Assembly (NCBI GenBank): GCA_963789955.1
Contig: CAWBMV010000034.1
Coordinates: 896,001 to 960,000 of the forward strand
Source: an uncultured Candidatus Rokubacteria bacterium
GTDB lineage: Bacteria; Methylomirabilota; Methylomirabilia; Rokubacteriales; CSP1-6
DNA length: 64,000 bases
Direction of reading: 5' to 3'
Shown: positions 21,156 through 32,505 of the stretch, piece after piece
Numbering within the stretch: the first letter of the stretch is position 1
How the letters are laid out: the number at the start of each line of letters is the position of its first letter
Translations under genes and position numbers: made by a program
Notes under the pieces: model-generated
Seen by the model: the letters and a program-made list of their open reading frames with translations, nothing else
What the model was told of the DNA's origin: nothing
Database searches by the model: none

Positions 21156-21348
21156 GCCGTTCGGTACGCGATTCGGCCCATCATCGATTAGCGTAGCGTG
21201 ACTGGGCGTTCTCCGTACTCCGCAACGTTTGCAGAGTCATTCCGGAAGCCCAGCGCCGATCGAGGCGCAGCGGGTCCGCGGGCCGTGAGAGCGGTGGTTG
21301 TGGACGAACTCAGCTAAATCATTAAGGGGAGAGGACTTCACTCGATCA

Positions 21349-24300
21349 CTAAACTCTCAGTTCTGCCTCTGCCTGCTCCAGCCAGTACGTCATCCCCATC
21401 TCGCGGTACATCGTCTTCGCGGTGGTGAGATGCTCCTGCGCTTGCTCGCGCTTGCCCGTGCGCCGGTAGAGCTTGCCGAGGCCGAGGTGGCAATGGGCGA
21501 CGAGCGGCCGCATACCCAGCTCATCGGCCAGCCCCAGCGCTTGACGGCAGAACGTCTCGGCGGAGTCCCGCTCGTGCAATGATTCGATCTCCCCCCGCAC
21601 GTAGAGGGCGAGGGCCTCGTACCCTCTCTGGCCGCGCTGACGGCTGAGCCGTAGTGCCTCGTCGGCTTGCTCTCCCGCCTCGTCCATCCGGCCGGCCATC
21701 AGGTGCGCGTGCGCCTGCCACGCCACCCACTGCGAGTGGCCGAAGAAGAACCGCAACCGGTCGGCTTCCTCCAGTCCCCCCGCGAGCACGGTGCATCCCT
21801 CCTCGGGACGACCGGACAGCGCCAGCGCGTAGCCGCGCAAGGCAGTCGCCCACGGAATCGGGATCCCGCGCACCCGGATCACCTCGAGCGCGGGCTCGAG
21901 AATCTGCATCGCCTCCGCCACACGCTCCTGGACCAGATAGATGTTGCAGAGCGCCATGTGGGCCATCGCGAAGCCGAACGGCAGATCCTCGGCCTTCGTG
22001 AGCACCCGGGCCTCGGTGCCCAAACGCTCGGCCTCGGCGAAGTCGCCAAGCTCGGCCAAGCAGAGGGCGGCCATCCCGCGAGCGTAGACGGCCGGGGGGA
22101 TCGCCTGGCCGAATCGCTGCCGCGCGAGGTCCCCGGTGAGCAGGTCGATCGCTTCGGTGAAGATCGCGATGGACCGGCGGAGGTCGCCTCGTTCGCGGCA
22201 GGCGTGGGCCAACGGCGTCCGAGCCGAGGCGCGCAGCCCAGTATCACCGACCTCATCGGCCAACGCGCGCGCCTTCTCCCCCACGGCCATCGCCGGGACC
22301 GGCTCGCCCGCGAACAGCAGGGCCGTGGTCGTATAGGCCCAAACCCAGGCCAGCCGCTGGCGGTCGCCGAGCCTGAGGGCCAGCACCTCCGCCTCCTTGA
22401 GGTATCGGGCGGTCCGCTCGAGCTGGCCCAGCTGCAATAGTACGCTGCGCATCAGGAGGCGGACGTCGATCGCCGCAGCCAGCATCTCTGGGTCATCAGG
22501 CAGGTGCGCCAGTGCGGTCAGTGCCTGCTCGAGCGCCGCCACTGTCTCGCGGTTCGCCGAGCGCTCGAAGGCCTTGCTGCCACTCTGACGTGAGTAGTGG
22601 AGGGCGAGCGGCCAGAGCCCGCCGTTCAGCGCGTGGTACGCCAGCCGCTCGACATGCTCGGTCAGTCGGTCCGGATAGGAACGTTCGATGACACCGACAA
22701 TCCGGGCGTGCAGAGCCTTGCGCCGGTCTTGGAGCAGAGTGCCGTAGGTGACTTCATGGGTGAGTCCATGCTTGAAGGTGTACGTAAGCTCAGGTAGAAA
22801 TGCGGTCTCGTGCAGAAACTCAGCAGAGTGGAGATGGCTGAGCCCGAGATGAAGCACCTCCTCGGTCTCGTCTGTGATCGCTTGAAGGAGGGCGAAGGGA
22901 AAGTCCTTGCCGATGACCGCCGCGGTCTCGAGGAGCCTCTTCTGCTCAGGCGGCAAGCGGTCGATGCGCGAAGCTAAGGTTGCCTGCACCGTCGCCGGCA
23001 TCTGAACAGCCTCAATCGGTTGGGCCAGCTGATAGGCGCCTCGTTGGCCGACCAAAGCCCTCGTTTCCACCAAGGAACGAACGCTCTCTTCGAGAAATAG
23101 AGGATTGCCTTCGGCTCGGGAGGCCAGGAGGTTCTTAAGTCCGCGGATCGAGGAGTCAAAACCCAGGAAGGTGTCGAGTAGGGCTTCCACGCTCTCCGGC
23201 GGCAGCGCATCGAGGCGGACCTGGGCGTAATACGTCCTATTGCCCCACTCATGACGGTATTCGGGGCGGTAGGTGACGAGGAGGAGAAGGCGGGCGCCGG
23301 GCAGCCGCTCGATCAAGCCGTCCAGGAACACCTGGGTCTCCGAGTCGATCCAGTGAAGGTCTTCGACGACCAGCAGGACCGGTTGGACTTGGGTCTCGCG
23401 GAGTAGGAGGCGGCTGAGCCCATCGAGCATCCGCCGACGACGATGGCCTGGCTCGAGCGCCAGCCATTGAGGATCCTCGACTGGAACATCAAGGAGCGCT
23501 AAAACGGCCGACGTGATCGTCCCAAGATCGCGATCGAGTGCGAGGACCTTCCCGGTTATCTTTCCCCGAATGTCCTGGTGCGTGTCGCGATCGTCGATCC
23601 CGAAATACCCTTTGAGCAGGTCCACCACGGGCAGATAGGCCACCGCCTTGCCGTAGGACACTGAACCCGCCTCAAGAACAAGCCATCCCTCCACCCGACG
23701 AGAATTGGTCAGTTCGAAGACCAAGCGGGACTTGCCGACACCTGGCTCGCCCCCGATGGCCATCACCTGACCTCGCCCCTCCCCGGCGTGCTCCAGGACG
23801 CGGTGAAGCTGGTCGATCTCGCTGCCTCGGCCCACGAAAGAGGAGAGGCCGCGCGTGGCGGCCGCCTGCAGTCGAGAGCGCACGGCGCTGACGCCAGTGA
23901 GCATATAGGCCTCAACCGAGGCTGACAGGCCCTTCACCGCAATAGGGCCGAGGGCGGTCACCTGCACAAAGCTCTCGGCGAGCGCCATCGTGTCGGGCGT
24001 CAAGAGGATCGTACCCGGGTCCGCCAGTTGTTCCATCCGCGCTGCGAGGTGGGTGATCTGGCCGACGGCCGTGTAATCCATGTGCAGATCGCTACCGATT
24101 GCGCGCACGACGACCTCTCCGGAGTTAAGTCCGACACGGATCCTGATCACGACCGCGTGAGAGCGCCGCACCTCTTCCGCGTACTTCTTCACGCTCTCCT
24201 GCATCCGGAGAGCCGCATAGCACGCGCGCACGGCGTGGTCTTCGTGCGCGAGCGGCGCGCCGAACAGCGCCATGATCCCGTCCCCCATGACCTGGTTCAC

Positions 24301-24693
24301 CGTGCCCTCGTACCGGTGCACGGCCTCCATCATCCGCTCGAGAACCGGATCGGTTATCTTGCGCGCTTCCTCGGGATCCCGATCGGCGAGCAGCTCCATC
24401 GAGCCCTCGAGGTCAGCGAAGAGGACCGTCACCTGCTTGCGCTCGCCTTCGAGCGCGCTCTTGGAGGTGAGGATCTTCTTGGCGAGGTGCTTCGGAGTGT
24501 AGGACTCGGGCGATGTAAATCGCGGTTCGGCTGTTGCCTGTGACGCGACGGGCTCCCCACACTCTAAGCAGAATTTCGCGCCAGCGGGCAGCTCGCTACG
24601 ACACTTCGTGCAGGTCAGCGCGACACGGGCTCCACACTCCAGGCAGAACTTCGCCTGGGGCGGATTCTCGTGCTGACACCGAGGACACTTCAT
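21349..24693 (-). CDS. Double zinc ribbon, adenylate/guanylate cyclase, AAA ATPase and TPR protein
   Basis: MKCPRC, FCLECG x2, GERKQVTVLFADL, MGDG, GEPGVGKS, EDLHW, GNPLFLEE, C-terminal TPR-like helices. Confidence 0.93.
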   Translation of the reverse strand: MKCPRCQHENPPQAKFCLECGARVALTCTKCRSELPAGAKFCLECGEPVASQATAEPRFTSPESYTPKHLAKKILTSKSALEGERKQVTVLFADLEGSMELLADRDPEEARKITDPVLERMMEAVHRYEGTVNQVMGDGIMALFGAPLAHEDHAVRACYAALRMQESVKKYAEEVRRSHAVVIRIRVGLNSGEVVVRAIGSDLHMDYTAVGQITHLAARMEQLADPGTILLTPDTMALAESFVQVTALGPIAVKGLSASVEAYMLTGVSAVRSRLQAAATRGLSSFVGRGSEIDQLHRVLEHAGEGRGQVMAIGGEPGVGKSRLVFELTNSRRVEGWLVLEAGSVSYGKAVAYLPVVDLLKGYFGIDDRDTHQDIRGKITGKVLALDRDLGTITSAVLALLDVPVEDPQWLALEPGHRRRRMLDGLSRLLLRETQVQPVLLVVEDLHWIDSETQVFLDGLIERLPGARLLLLVTYRPEYRHEWGNRTYYAQVRLDALPPESVEALLDTFLGFDSSIRGLKNLLASRAEGNPLFLEESVRSLVETRALVGQRGAYQLAQPIEAVQMPATVQATLASRIDRLPPEQKRLLETAAVIGKDFPFALLQAITDETEEVLHLGLSHLHSAEFLHETAFLPELTYTFKHGLTHEVTYGTLLQDRRKALHARIVGVIERSYPDRLTEHVERLAYHALNGGLWPLALHYSRQSGSKAFERSANRETVAALEQALTALAHLPDDPEMLAAAIDVRLLMRSVLLQLGQLERTARYLKEAEVLALRLGDRQRLAWVWAYTTTALLFAGEPVPAMAVGEKARALADEVGDTGLRASARTPLAHACRERGDLRRSIAIFTEAIDLLTGDLARQRFGQAIPPAVYARGMAALCLAELGDFAEAERLGTEARVLTKAEDLPFGFAMAHMALCNIYLVQERVAEAMQILEPALEVIRVRGIPIPWATALRGYALALSGRPEEGCTVLAGGLEEADRLRFFFGHSQWVAWQAHAHLMAGRMDEAGEQADEALRLSRQRGQRGYEALALYVRGEIESLHERDSAETFCRQALGLADELGMRPLVAHCHLGLGKLYRRTGKREQAQEHLTTAKTMYREMGMTYWLEQAEAELRV

Positions 24694-24783
24694 CCAATCC
24701 CTCACGAGCCAGGTCGGTGACGGTCAGAACGGTGGGGCGAGACTAGACTGTTGCCTGCCCGATGGTCAAACAGATGCTGGTGG

Positions 24784-24960
24784 TTAGTTCAGCGACGCCG
24801 CCCGCAGCAGATCCAGTTCGGCATCCTCGGGCGTCACCCAGCGCTCAAACACCACGCCACACCGGTAGGCGACAGTGAGCAGATAGCCCATTCCATGCAG
24901 GCTCCGTGGCGTCGGCGGTCAGGGGGCCGTGGGGGCGATGATCGTGAACGAAGTCGTCGA
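24784..24960 (-). pseudogene. Small family D remnant
   Basis: DDFVHDHRPHGPLTADATEPAWN...LLTVA..CGVVFERWVTPEDAELDLLR; matching N-terminus MTLLAELEEFVGDHRPH at 37700-37753. Confidence 0.6.
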
Positions 24961-25065
24961 TTTCCGTGTGGAGGCTCACGGGTTCATGAGAGCGACGCTC
25001 TTCCGATAGTCCGCCATTCGTTCCGGTCGCCCGTGCTCCTGCTCCCTCCGGGATTCCAAGCCGCT

Positions 25066-25420
25066 CTATCGAGGAGGAGCGGGCATCGCCGATGAGTGAT
25101 GGTCGACGATCATCCAGTTCTCGCCGTCACGAACGAAGGTGAAGCTATAGCGCGCTGCCAGAGTCTTGGTTTCCCCGTCCTTGATCCACGAGAACGTGTA
25201 GTAGCCGGTGTTGACAGCGGTGCCATCGTAAACGCGGATCAATTGCTCGCCGAACGTGACTTTGAGCCCCGGCAAAAACTTAAACGCTGTGACGAAATAG
25301 TCGCGCACCGCTGCTCGATCCGCTCGCACGGTTGGAGAGAGCGTCCCCCAGAGAACCCCATCAGTGGCATAGAGAAGAACAACTTTGTCAGGGTCGTTTT
25401 GCCCCAAGGTTTGGGCCCAT
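25066..25420 (-). pseudogene. NTF2-like SgcJ/EcaC (DUF4440) protein lacking its N-terminus
   Basis: LYATDGVLWGTLSP, NTGYYTF, ARYSF, IVDHHSSAMP. Confidence 0.75.
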
Positions 25421-25424
25421 TTCT

Positions 25425-25651
25425 CTCCAGCTTCATGCCGGCGAAGCGGACGTCGAACACGATAGTCTGGCTCTCGATGTAGCCAAGGTCGCGCAAACCC
25501 TGTCGCGCCGTATCCACTGAGGTCGATCGCGGGCCGGCCCGGAGTTCAGGACACCCACCACGGGGATCTTTCCTGTCGGTTGTGCCTCCCCCGAGAGCGG
25601 CGCAGAGAGCGCCCCAAGCGTCAACCCGCACACGAACGTGCGCCGGTTCAT
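25425..25651 (-). pseudogene. ABC_sub_bind N-terminal stub
   Basis: MNRRTFV...EAQ...IPVVGVL...RQGLRDLGYIESQTIVFDVRFA, then an abrupt switch into the NTF2-like gene. Confidence 0.75.
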
Positions 25652-26665
25652 CATTCGATGACCTGATCCGCCCGCAGCAGCAGGGATTGCGGAATCATGA
25701 GCCCAAGGGCTTTGGCGCTCCTCATGTTGAGGACGAGATTGAACTTCGTTGGCTGTTCGATCGGGAGATCGGCGGGCTTCGCACCTTTGAGGATCTTGTC
25801 GACGTAGGCAGCGGCACGGTGCTGCATCTCGGGAACGTCGACGCCATACGACATGAGCCCACCGATTTCAACAAACAGCTCGACCTCATAAATCGCAGCA
25901 ATCCGATGCGCGGCCGCGAGGTTCACGAGGGCCTGTCGATGCACAAACATGTAGGCGGACGAAGCCACCAGTGCCCCGCGAATCTGATTCTTGATCATCT
26001 CCGGAAACGCAGCGGCCAAGTCCTTCGCTCCGTGCACGTTGAACATCTGAACTGTCAGGCCAAGAGCCCGCGCGGCGCTAACAGCATGTTGATCGTACCG
26101 AGCGGGGATCTCGGGGATGGCTGACGTCGTGACGTCCTCTCGGAGGAGCGCAACCCTTGAAAGGTTCGGTACGAGCGCTTTGAGAAGCTCGAGGCGCTTC
26201 GAGACTAGCTCGTCGCCGAGGAGCTGTGACCCGGTGATATTGCCGCCCGGCTTGGCCAGACTGTTGACCAGCCCTGCCGCGACGAGATCGCCTTGGGCCC
26301 GACCCACCACGATGGGGATGGTCTTCGTTTCCTGCTGAAGGATCTTTGCCAGACCTTCGCTCGCAACGAACAGTACATCGACTTTGAGGCGTACGAGGTC
26401 AGCGGCGCCCTTGCGAAGCTGATCAGCCGATTCGCCGAACCGTCGCTCGACGATCATGTTTTGGCCATCGACCCAGCCCAGTTCCCGCATCGAGATCCAG
26501 AACCGATTGGTCGCAACCGACTTCGCGAGCTCCTGGGGGCTCGGAGCAGGGCCGGTGCCCAGAATTCCCACTCGAGCCATCTTCTCCGACTTTTGAGCCT
26601 CGACGACGCGAGGTGCGACCAGAAGGGCGGCCGCCATTGCTGCCATAAAATGCCGTCGATCCCAC
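25651..26665 (-). CDS. ABC transporter substrate-binding protein (ABC_sub_bind)
   Basis: [50 protein letters not shown]. Confidence 0.9.
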
Positions 26666-26920
26666 CGGGCCGGGCGGGCAGAGATCTCGATTCCGGGCGG
26701 TTGGCGCACGAATTCCTTCTTTCCAAGACTAGGGTCGCTGCAGTCTAGCAGACCTTTATCCTGTCCTTCTCGCATAGCGATTTTCAACCGCGATGTCTTG
26801 TCTCTCAACGTAACCGAGGCTGCGCAGCGGCGTGATCGAGAGGCCGAGCGCCTGACCGTCTTGGGATTGATAACCAACTCGCATGTCGTCGGCACTGCTG
26901 CTGACGCCAGTCACGCTCGC

Positions 26921-27862
26921 TCAAGGCGAAGGACGAGCGGGTCTGCGGACCTCGATGGTTGGGCCAACTGCGATAACCATCAAGTCCTCGCCCAGCTCGA
27001 GCGGTCCGGAGTAGGTCTTTCGTGTCGGGGGGATCAGGTCCTGCTCGGTGGCGGTCGGGAGCACGATGTGCGAGTACACAGCGAGCTTCGGCTTCGTCCG
27101 CGAGAACACTTCGCCCGCCTGCTCGGGAGTCACGTGATGGGCGACGACGCTTTGGGCCCGCTCGGGTGAGGCGCCTGCGCGCTGGAACGTTTCTGGTGCT
27201 GCTACTTCGTGGACGAGCACATCCACCCCCTGGGCGTGCCGGATGAGATTGTCGGAGACGCGCGTGTCGCCGGAGAGCACGATGGAGCGGCCGGCGTGGT
27301 CGACGCGATAGCCGAATGCCGGCTTGATCGGGGCGTGGTCCACCTCGAACGCCGTGATTCTCACGCCGCCCTTCTCGTACACAACGCCTTCACCGATCTC
27401 CTCGGTCAAGAGGACGATACCGTCCGGCGAGGGCCGGTCGTCGTACAGCCGGATGCGAATGTCGAAGTCGAACGCTTGCTCAAGATGCGACATCATGTTC
27501 TTGGTTCCGCGGGGCCCCCAGACGTTGAGCGGAACGCTCCGGCCGGGCGTCAGCCACCCGGTCAACCACAGATCGGGGAATCCGACTACGTGATCCGAGT
27601 GCAGGTGCGTGAAGAACACGCCGCGCACGTCCTGCCACCTCACCTTCAACTGGTTGAGGCGTTGCAGGGCGCCGCGCCCCGCATCGAAGAGAAATTTCTG
27701 GCCTCCGGCTTCGACCAGAATACTCGGCCCGAATCGGTTCATGACGGCCGGGGGACATCCCGTACCCAGGAGGGTAATCGTGATGTCCTGGGCGTGAGCC
27801 GCGGAGGGAATGAGCACAGCCGTGAGCAGCGCGAGCGTCCACACACCGCGAAGCATCTTCAT
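26921..27862 (-). CDS. Exported MBL-fold hydrolase (RNase Z/arylsulfatase-like)
   Basis: Signal peptide, LLGTG, THLHSDH, SGDT, LVHE. Confidence 0.9.
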   Translation of the reverse strand: MKMLRGVWTLALLTAVLIPSAAHAQDITITLLGTGCPPAVMNRFGPSILVEAGGQKFLFDAGRGALQRLNQLKVRWQDVRGVFFTHLHSDHVVGFPDLWLTGWLTPGRSVPLNVWGPRGTKNMMSHLEQAFDFDIRIRLYDDRPSPDGIVLLTEEIGEGVVYEKGGVRITAFEVDHAPIKPAFGYRVDHAGRSIVLSGDTRVSDNLIRHAQGVDVLVHEVAAPETFQRAGASPERAQSVVAHHVTPEQAGEVFSRTKPKLAVYSHIVLPTATEQDLIPPTRKTYSGPLELGEDLMVIAVGPTIEVRRPARPSP

Positions 27863-27928
27863 GTAGTAGCCCCCTTCGTGGTTCGGCAGGACCTTTGATG
27901 AATCATGCAGCCACCGCCGTGTACTGGG

Positions 27929-28066
27929 TTAGACGTCCGGGGCAGCCGCGACGCCCAAGGACAAGTAACCTATTCGAGGGATCGTCTGCGCTTGTTGGGC
28001 GTCGGCGGCGTGTGGCGCAACAAGCAGGCTGACGGCGAGAACGACCGCGAGCCCGATCCACCGCAT
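27929..28066 (-). pseudogene. 45-aa ABC_sub_bind N-terminal stub
   Basis: MRWIGLAVVLAVSLLVAPHAADAQQAQTIPRIGYLSLGVAAAPDV-stop. Confidence 0.75.
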
Positions 28067-28127
28067 GGGCACCTCGGTGCACGATGGCTGGCGGGGAGTC
28101 TAGCCGAACGCCACTCAGTGCACCAGC
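28026..28127 (-). repeat. Promoter-RBS-signal-peptide cassette copy 2
   Basis: Plus strand ccgcatgggcacctcggtgcacgatggctggcggggagtctagccgaacg. Confidence 0.85.
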
Positions 28128-28305
28128 ACAGCCCGGCGCATGAGCAGGCGGCCGCGTCGGTCAATCACGATCCGCGTCTCGCTCGATTCTCGCGCGGCAC
28201 GTGCAGGTCATCCACACCCGATCGCCCTCGACCCCGCTGCCGTACATCTCACCGTGTACGCTATCTCATACGCTTGACACCTGACGGACAGCGCCGCTAG
28301 CGTGC

Positions 28306-28590
28306 TTGCATAGACCCCGTGCTGTCAGTGTCTGGTATCGAATCGCTGGCCTGATCAGTCGGGAGCAGAAAACCTTGGCCGTCGAGATTATCGAGGCTGA
28401 AATTCGCTCACGGCAGCAAGAACCCCTGCTTGAGGCAGCGAAGCTCGTGCTCAGTGGTGATCCTGTTGAGATTGCCCGCCAACTCCGTGACAGAGCGGAG
28501 CGGACGATTCGGCCACGGGGACGGGTCCACGTCTACCGTCTCGTGGATGACGGTCTTCGTAGCCGGGCTGCATATCGACACATCAATTAG
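28306..28590 (+). CDS. Hypothetical family C protein
   Basis: SVWYRIAGL...LAVEIIEAEIRS...LEAAKLVLSGDPVEIARQLR; paralog at 38399; TTGACA-N18-TAGCGT upstream. Confidence 0.65.
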   Translation: MHRPRAVSVWYRIAGLISREQKTLAVEIIEAEIRSRQQEPLLEAAKLVLSGDPVEIARQLRDRAERTIRPRGRVHVYRLVDDGLRSRAAYRHIN

Positions 28591-28737
28591 GCGCGCACTG
28601 TCCGCTCACAGTTCCTCTCCCCTGACGCCGCAGGGTTAGCGTGCGAACAATAATTCCGGAACCAATCGAATGTCGCTTGCCTGCCATCAGGACCCCATGT
28701 CAATCTCGATACAGCAAGTCGCTGCTCAGGAGGGCCG

Positions 28738-29124
28738 TTGTTCGCTTTTCGTCGCCTCACGGTCTTGACGATCCTAAGCGTCCTCTCGCTCGCCAGCCCA
28801 GTGCTCGCCGACGAGAATCTGGCCGGAGATGGGACCGTCGCGGAGTGGCGAGCGAACCTCGGTCGTAGCCAGTTGGCGACAGCGGCATACGCGGCCGGAG
28901 TGATGACGATGGGTAATATCTCCGTCGTATGCAAGACACCACGCACGGTCCGTGAGCTACATGAGTATCTTCGTTATCGTGCGCTCCCAACGCTCACGAT
29001 GAAACAAGCGATCTGGAGCTTCCTGACCGAAGGCGAGTGTAACGCGAGGACCGAAGATCAGTCCGCGTCCGCAAGCGTCCCGCGACTCAAGTTCAAGTCA
29101 CCAAGCGACAGCGCAGAGTACTAG
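28738..29124 (+). CDS. Exported hypothetical protein
   Basis: RBS aggagg, signal peptide ending VLA. Confidence 0.6.
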   Translation: MFAFRRLTVLTILSVLSLASPVLADENLAGDGTVAEWRANLGRSQLATAAYAAGVMTMGNISVVCKTPRTVRELHEYLRYRALPTLTMKQAIWSFLTEGECNARTEDQSASASVPRLKFKSPSDSAEY

Positions 29125-29380
29125 CCTCCTCGCCGCATACGGTCCAATCGCACCAGCGTACCTCTACCGTTCGCGAGGTACATCCGATCACGGTCGACTT
29201 CCGGAAGTGATGGACAGGCACGCCTAGTTGACCCGTTGGTCGCCATGCTGTCTCGACTGACAAGCGCCGGCCGAGACATTCCATTGATTCGTTTGACTGT
29301 GGGCCTTCGGCATCCGGTTTGCGTGATGACCGGTTCGGCGCTGCCGGAATCTCTTCGTCTAACGTTTCCCAAGGAGGGAC

Positions 29381-29764
29381 ATGGTGCCCACCGGAAGTCC
29401 GAGTTTCCTCAACAGAGGAAAGGTGAAGCAGGTCTGCCGAGTGTGCCACGGGATTGCCGAGCTGAAGACCGAACGCCTGTGTGCTGATTGCTCGCGGATC
29501 AAAGGGCAGATCCTCTTGCGCTTCGCCGATGCGGTCCGCGGGACAATAACGGTTCCAGCAGAGCAGCAGTGTAAACGTTCGGGCTGCTCATGCGCCGCGT
29601 GCGACGGGAGAACGCTTGATGCTCACTCGGTCTACCTATTCGATCTCGCACGAGCAGGCCGACGAGAGGTCCACTTCCATCCTCGATGTCACGAGTTGTG
29701 GGTAGAAGCTGTGACGGGATTGGTTGCCCGCCCGGACCAAGGCGTCGTCATCGGTCAGGGCTAG
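29381..29764 (+). CDS. Cys-rich hypothetical protein (putative zinc finger)
   Basis: RBS ggaggg; CRVC, CADC, CAAC, HFHPRCHELW. Confidence 0.6.
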   Translation: MVPTGSPSFLNRGKVKQVCRVCHGIAELKTERLCADCSRIKGQILLRFADAVRGTITVPAEQQCKRSGCSCAACDGRTLDAHSVYLFDLARAGRREVHFHPRCHELWVEAVTGLVARPDQGVVIGQG

Positions 29765-29842
29765 TGCGGCGCGACCCTCAGGAGGACTTTCATTGATGGC
29801 GCTCTCGGCATCAGCACTCCCTCGCCTCGCACTGAAAAGAAA

Positions 29843-30268
29843 GTGACGATCAACACGAAGCCAGCGAAACGAGTCCTCATCGTCGATGATCAGCAGCGCG
29901 TGCTTGATGTGCTGCGGGAGATCCTGGGCTCCTTCCGGCACAAGCACGCCTATGAGATCACGACCGCGCAGTCGGTCGCCGACACGCTCGCCACCGTGCA
30001 ACGTGAGCCCTTCGATCTAATTCTGCTGGACATGGTCATGCCGGGAATAGGCGACCCCATGCTCCGCAGACAGGGCCTCGACCTGATGAAGCGCATCCGC
30101 GACTTTGGCGTGACCGCGCCGGTGCTCATGATGAGCGGGGACTGGGACAGCCGGCGGGAGGCCGATGCGCTGATCGAGGGGGCAATTGGCTTTCTGCACA
30201 AGCCGTTCGATGTGCGCGAACTGGACCGTCTCGTCGCTAACGCCATTGAGTCCGCGGCCGGCGGCTGA
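29843..30268 (+). CDS. Stand-alone response regulator receiver protein
   Basis: VLIVDD, DLILLDMVMP, MSG, KPFD. Confidence 0.88.
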   Translation: MTINTKPAKRVLIVDDQQRVLDVLREILGSFRHKHAYEITTAQSVADTLATVQREPFDLILLDMVMPGIGDPMLRRQGLDLMKRIRDFGVTAPVLMMSGDWDSRREADALIEGAIGFLHKPFDVRELDRLVANAIESAAGG

Positions 30269-30303
30269 GCACGGCGCAGGGCCAAGACAAGAAGCACGGA
30301 AGT

Positions 30304-30447
30304 TCAAGCGTAGCCCTGGCGGTGCATCCCGACCGCCCACGAGTCCAGCCAGGTCCGCAACGCATTTCGCGCGCGGTCGTACGAGGGCGTCGAGCACCTG
30401 GCGAAGCCGAGCGCCGCTACGAGCAGCTGTCCGCGTTGGTCGAGCAC
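30304..30447 (-). pseudogene. Family A remnant
   Basis: VLDQRGQLLVAALGFA...SYDRA...LRTWLDSWAVGMHRQGY; near-complete copy at 34938-35262. Confidence 0.75.
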
Positions 30448-30448
30448 G

Positions 30449-31426
30449 CTATTCAATCACCTGATCCGCCCGCTGCAGGAGCGTCTGCGGGATCGTCAGA
30501 CCGAGCGCCTTCGCGGTCTTGAGGTTGATCACAAGGTCGAACTTGGTCGGCTGCTCGACGGGCAGGTCGGCGGGCTTGGCGCCTTTGAAGATCTTGTCGA
30601 TCTGAGCGGCCAAGCGCGGGGCGTTCTGCAGTGGCGTCGGCCCATAAGCGAGCAAGCCGCCCGACTCCGCGAATCGCCGGTCGTAGCCAATCGCCGGCAG
30701 GTGGCTCTTTGCCGCAAGGACTCCGAGACGTTCCAGATGGGGGCGAAACCAAACGATGTTCGGCACCAGCACTGCGTTGGCGCCCCGGCGCTTGGCGGCT
30801 GCGAAGAAGCTGTCGAAATCTTGCGGTCCCCGCACTTCGATGAGTCGAATCTCGACGCCGAGCACCCGGGCCGCGGCGCTTAGCCTCGCGACTAGGGCCT
30901 CGAAGCTCAGCTTCGCTCCAGAGCTTTCTGCTGCGGGCGCGGGGAAGGCCACGCGCGAGGCCAGGGGGAACGCTTCCTTGAGGAGCTCCAGAAGCTTCTC
31001 GTCATACTGGCCTAAAGCGAACCCTGTGAGGTTTCCGCCTGGCCGCGCGAAGCTGGCGACGAGTCCGCTCATGACCGGGTCGTCGCCCACGACGAACACA
31101 ATCGGGATGGTCTTCGTCGCCTCCTTGACTGCCTGGGTCGCCCCCGTCCCGCTCGTAAGAATGAGATCGACTTTCAGTCGTACCAATTCAGCCGCGAGCG
31201 CCGGGAGCTGATCATCTCTGTCTGCATAACGTCTCTCGATCTTGAAATTCTGCCCCTCAATCCATCCAAGCTCGCGCATCGCGTCAGCCAAGGGCATCAA
31301 ATCGGGATCGGCGCCCCACCTGAGTGAACCAATTCGGTAGACCTTTCCGGCCGACTGCGCCTCGGCAGCGAGCGGCGCAAGCGCGAGGCTGAGTGCGAGA
31401 ACGACCGCGAGCCGGATCAGCCGCAT
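30449..31426 (-). CDS. ABC transporter substrate-binding protein (ABC_sub_bind)
   Basis: MRLIRLAVVL signal, [31 protein letters not shown]. Confidence 0.92.
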   Translation of the reverse strand: MRLIRLAVVLALSLALAPLAAEAQSAGKVYRIGSLRWGADPDLMPLADAMRELGWIEGQNFKIERRYADRDDQLPALAAELVRLKVDLILTSGTGATQAVKEATKTIPIVFVVGDDPVMSGLVASFARPGGNLTGFALGQYDEKLLELLKEAFPLASRVAFPAPAAESSGAKLSFEALVARLSAAARVLGVEIRLIEVRGPQDFDSFFAAAKRRGANAVLVPNIVWFRPHLERLGVLAAKSHLPAIGYDRRFAESGGLLAYGPTPLQNAPRLAAQIDKIFKGAKPADLPVEQPTKFDLVINLKTAKALGLTIPQTLLQRADQVIE

Positions 31427-31476
31427 GTGCACCTCGGTGGAGGATGGCTGGCGGGAGTCTAGCAGACGAGAACTAC
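31385..31476 (-). repeat. Promoter-RBS-signal-peptide cassette copy 3
   Basis: Plus strand ccgcatgtgcacctcggtggaggatggctggcgggagtctagcagac. Confidence 0.88.
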
Positions 31477-31505
31477 ATGCGGGGCTGGTGGCGTTGGCCG
31501 CACGA

Positions 31506-32505
31506 CTACTGGATGATCTCGTCGGCTCGCACCAAGAGCGACTGCGGGATGGTCAGACCGAGGGCCTTGGCGGTCTTCAGGTTGATCACCAGCTCGAACT
31601 TCGTCGGCTGCTCGACCGGGAGGTCGGCGGGCTTCGCGCCTTTGAGGATCTTGTCCACGTACACAGCAACCCGCGCCGCGAGATCTCCGATGTTCGGACC
31701 CGTACGACATGAGGCCACCCACTTCGACGAACTCGCGCCATTCGTAGGATGCGGGCGTTCGTCGCTGGGCAGCCAGATCCACCAACCCCCTACGATCGCG
31801 GAAGAACTCGGGATCCGACGGCACGATGATGGCATCCGCCGGAGTTCTCGCAATCGCCGCAAAGGCGTCCGCGTACTCACCAGAGCGCGGAATCTCGACC
31901 GGCTGCACTTTCACGCCCAGCGCAGGGGCCGCGTCCCTCAACGCTGCGAGTTGTTCCGTGGTGCTCGGGTTCCGTGGATTCACGAGGACGGCGACGCGAC
32001 TGGCCCGAGGTAGTGCTTCCTTCAGCACCTCAAGCCGCTTCACGGTCATGTCGGTCGCGAGGAGGGTGAGGCCGGTGACATTCCCTCCCGGCCGAGCCAA
32101 GCTGGCGACGAATCCCGCCTTTACCGGGTCAATACCGCTGAATGCCATCACGATAGGGACCGTCTGGGTAGCATTCTTGGCCGCCCTGATGGCTGGGGGG
32201 CTCACGGCGACGATGATGTCGACGTTGGCGCGCACCAGATCGGCGGCGAGGCCAGGCAGGCGGCCGGGGCCGTCAGCAAAGCGGCGTTCAACCACGAGGT
32301 TCTTGCCTTCGACCCACCCAAGTTCATGCAGGCGCCGGCTCAAATCTTCAGTGACTCCAACGGCAGGTTGGTTCGGTATTGCTATCGGCGCTGTAGGCGA
32401 GAGAAGGCCGACGCGCGCCATCGTCCCCGCCTGCTGCGCCTCAGCACCGAGTGGCCCGACAAGAATGCTTCCGCCCACCATCGCGATGAACGCTCGCCGG
32501 TCCAT
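31506..32505 (-). CDS. ABC_sub_bind protein; frameshift near 31700
   Basis: [32 protein letters not shown]. Confidence 0.88.
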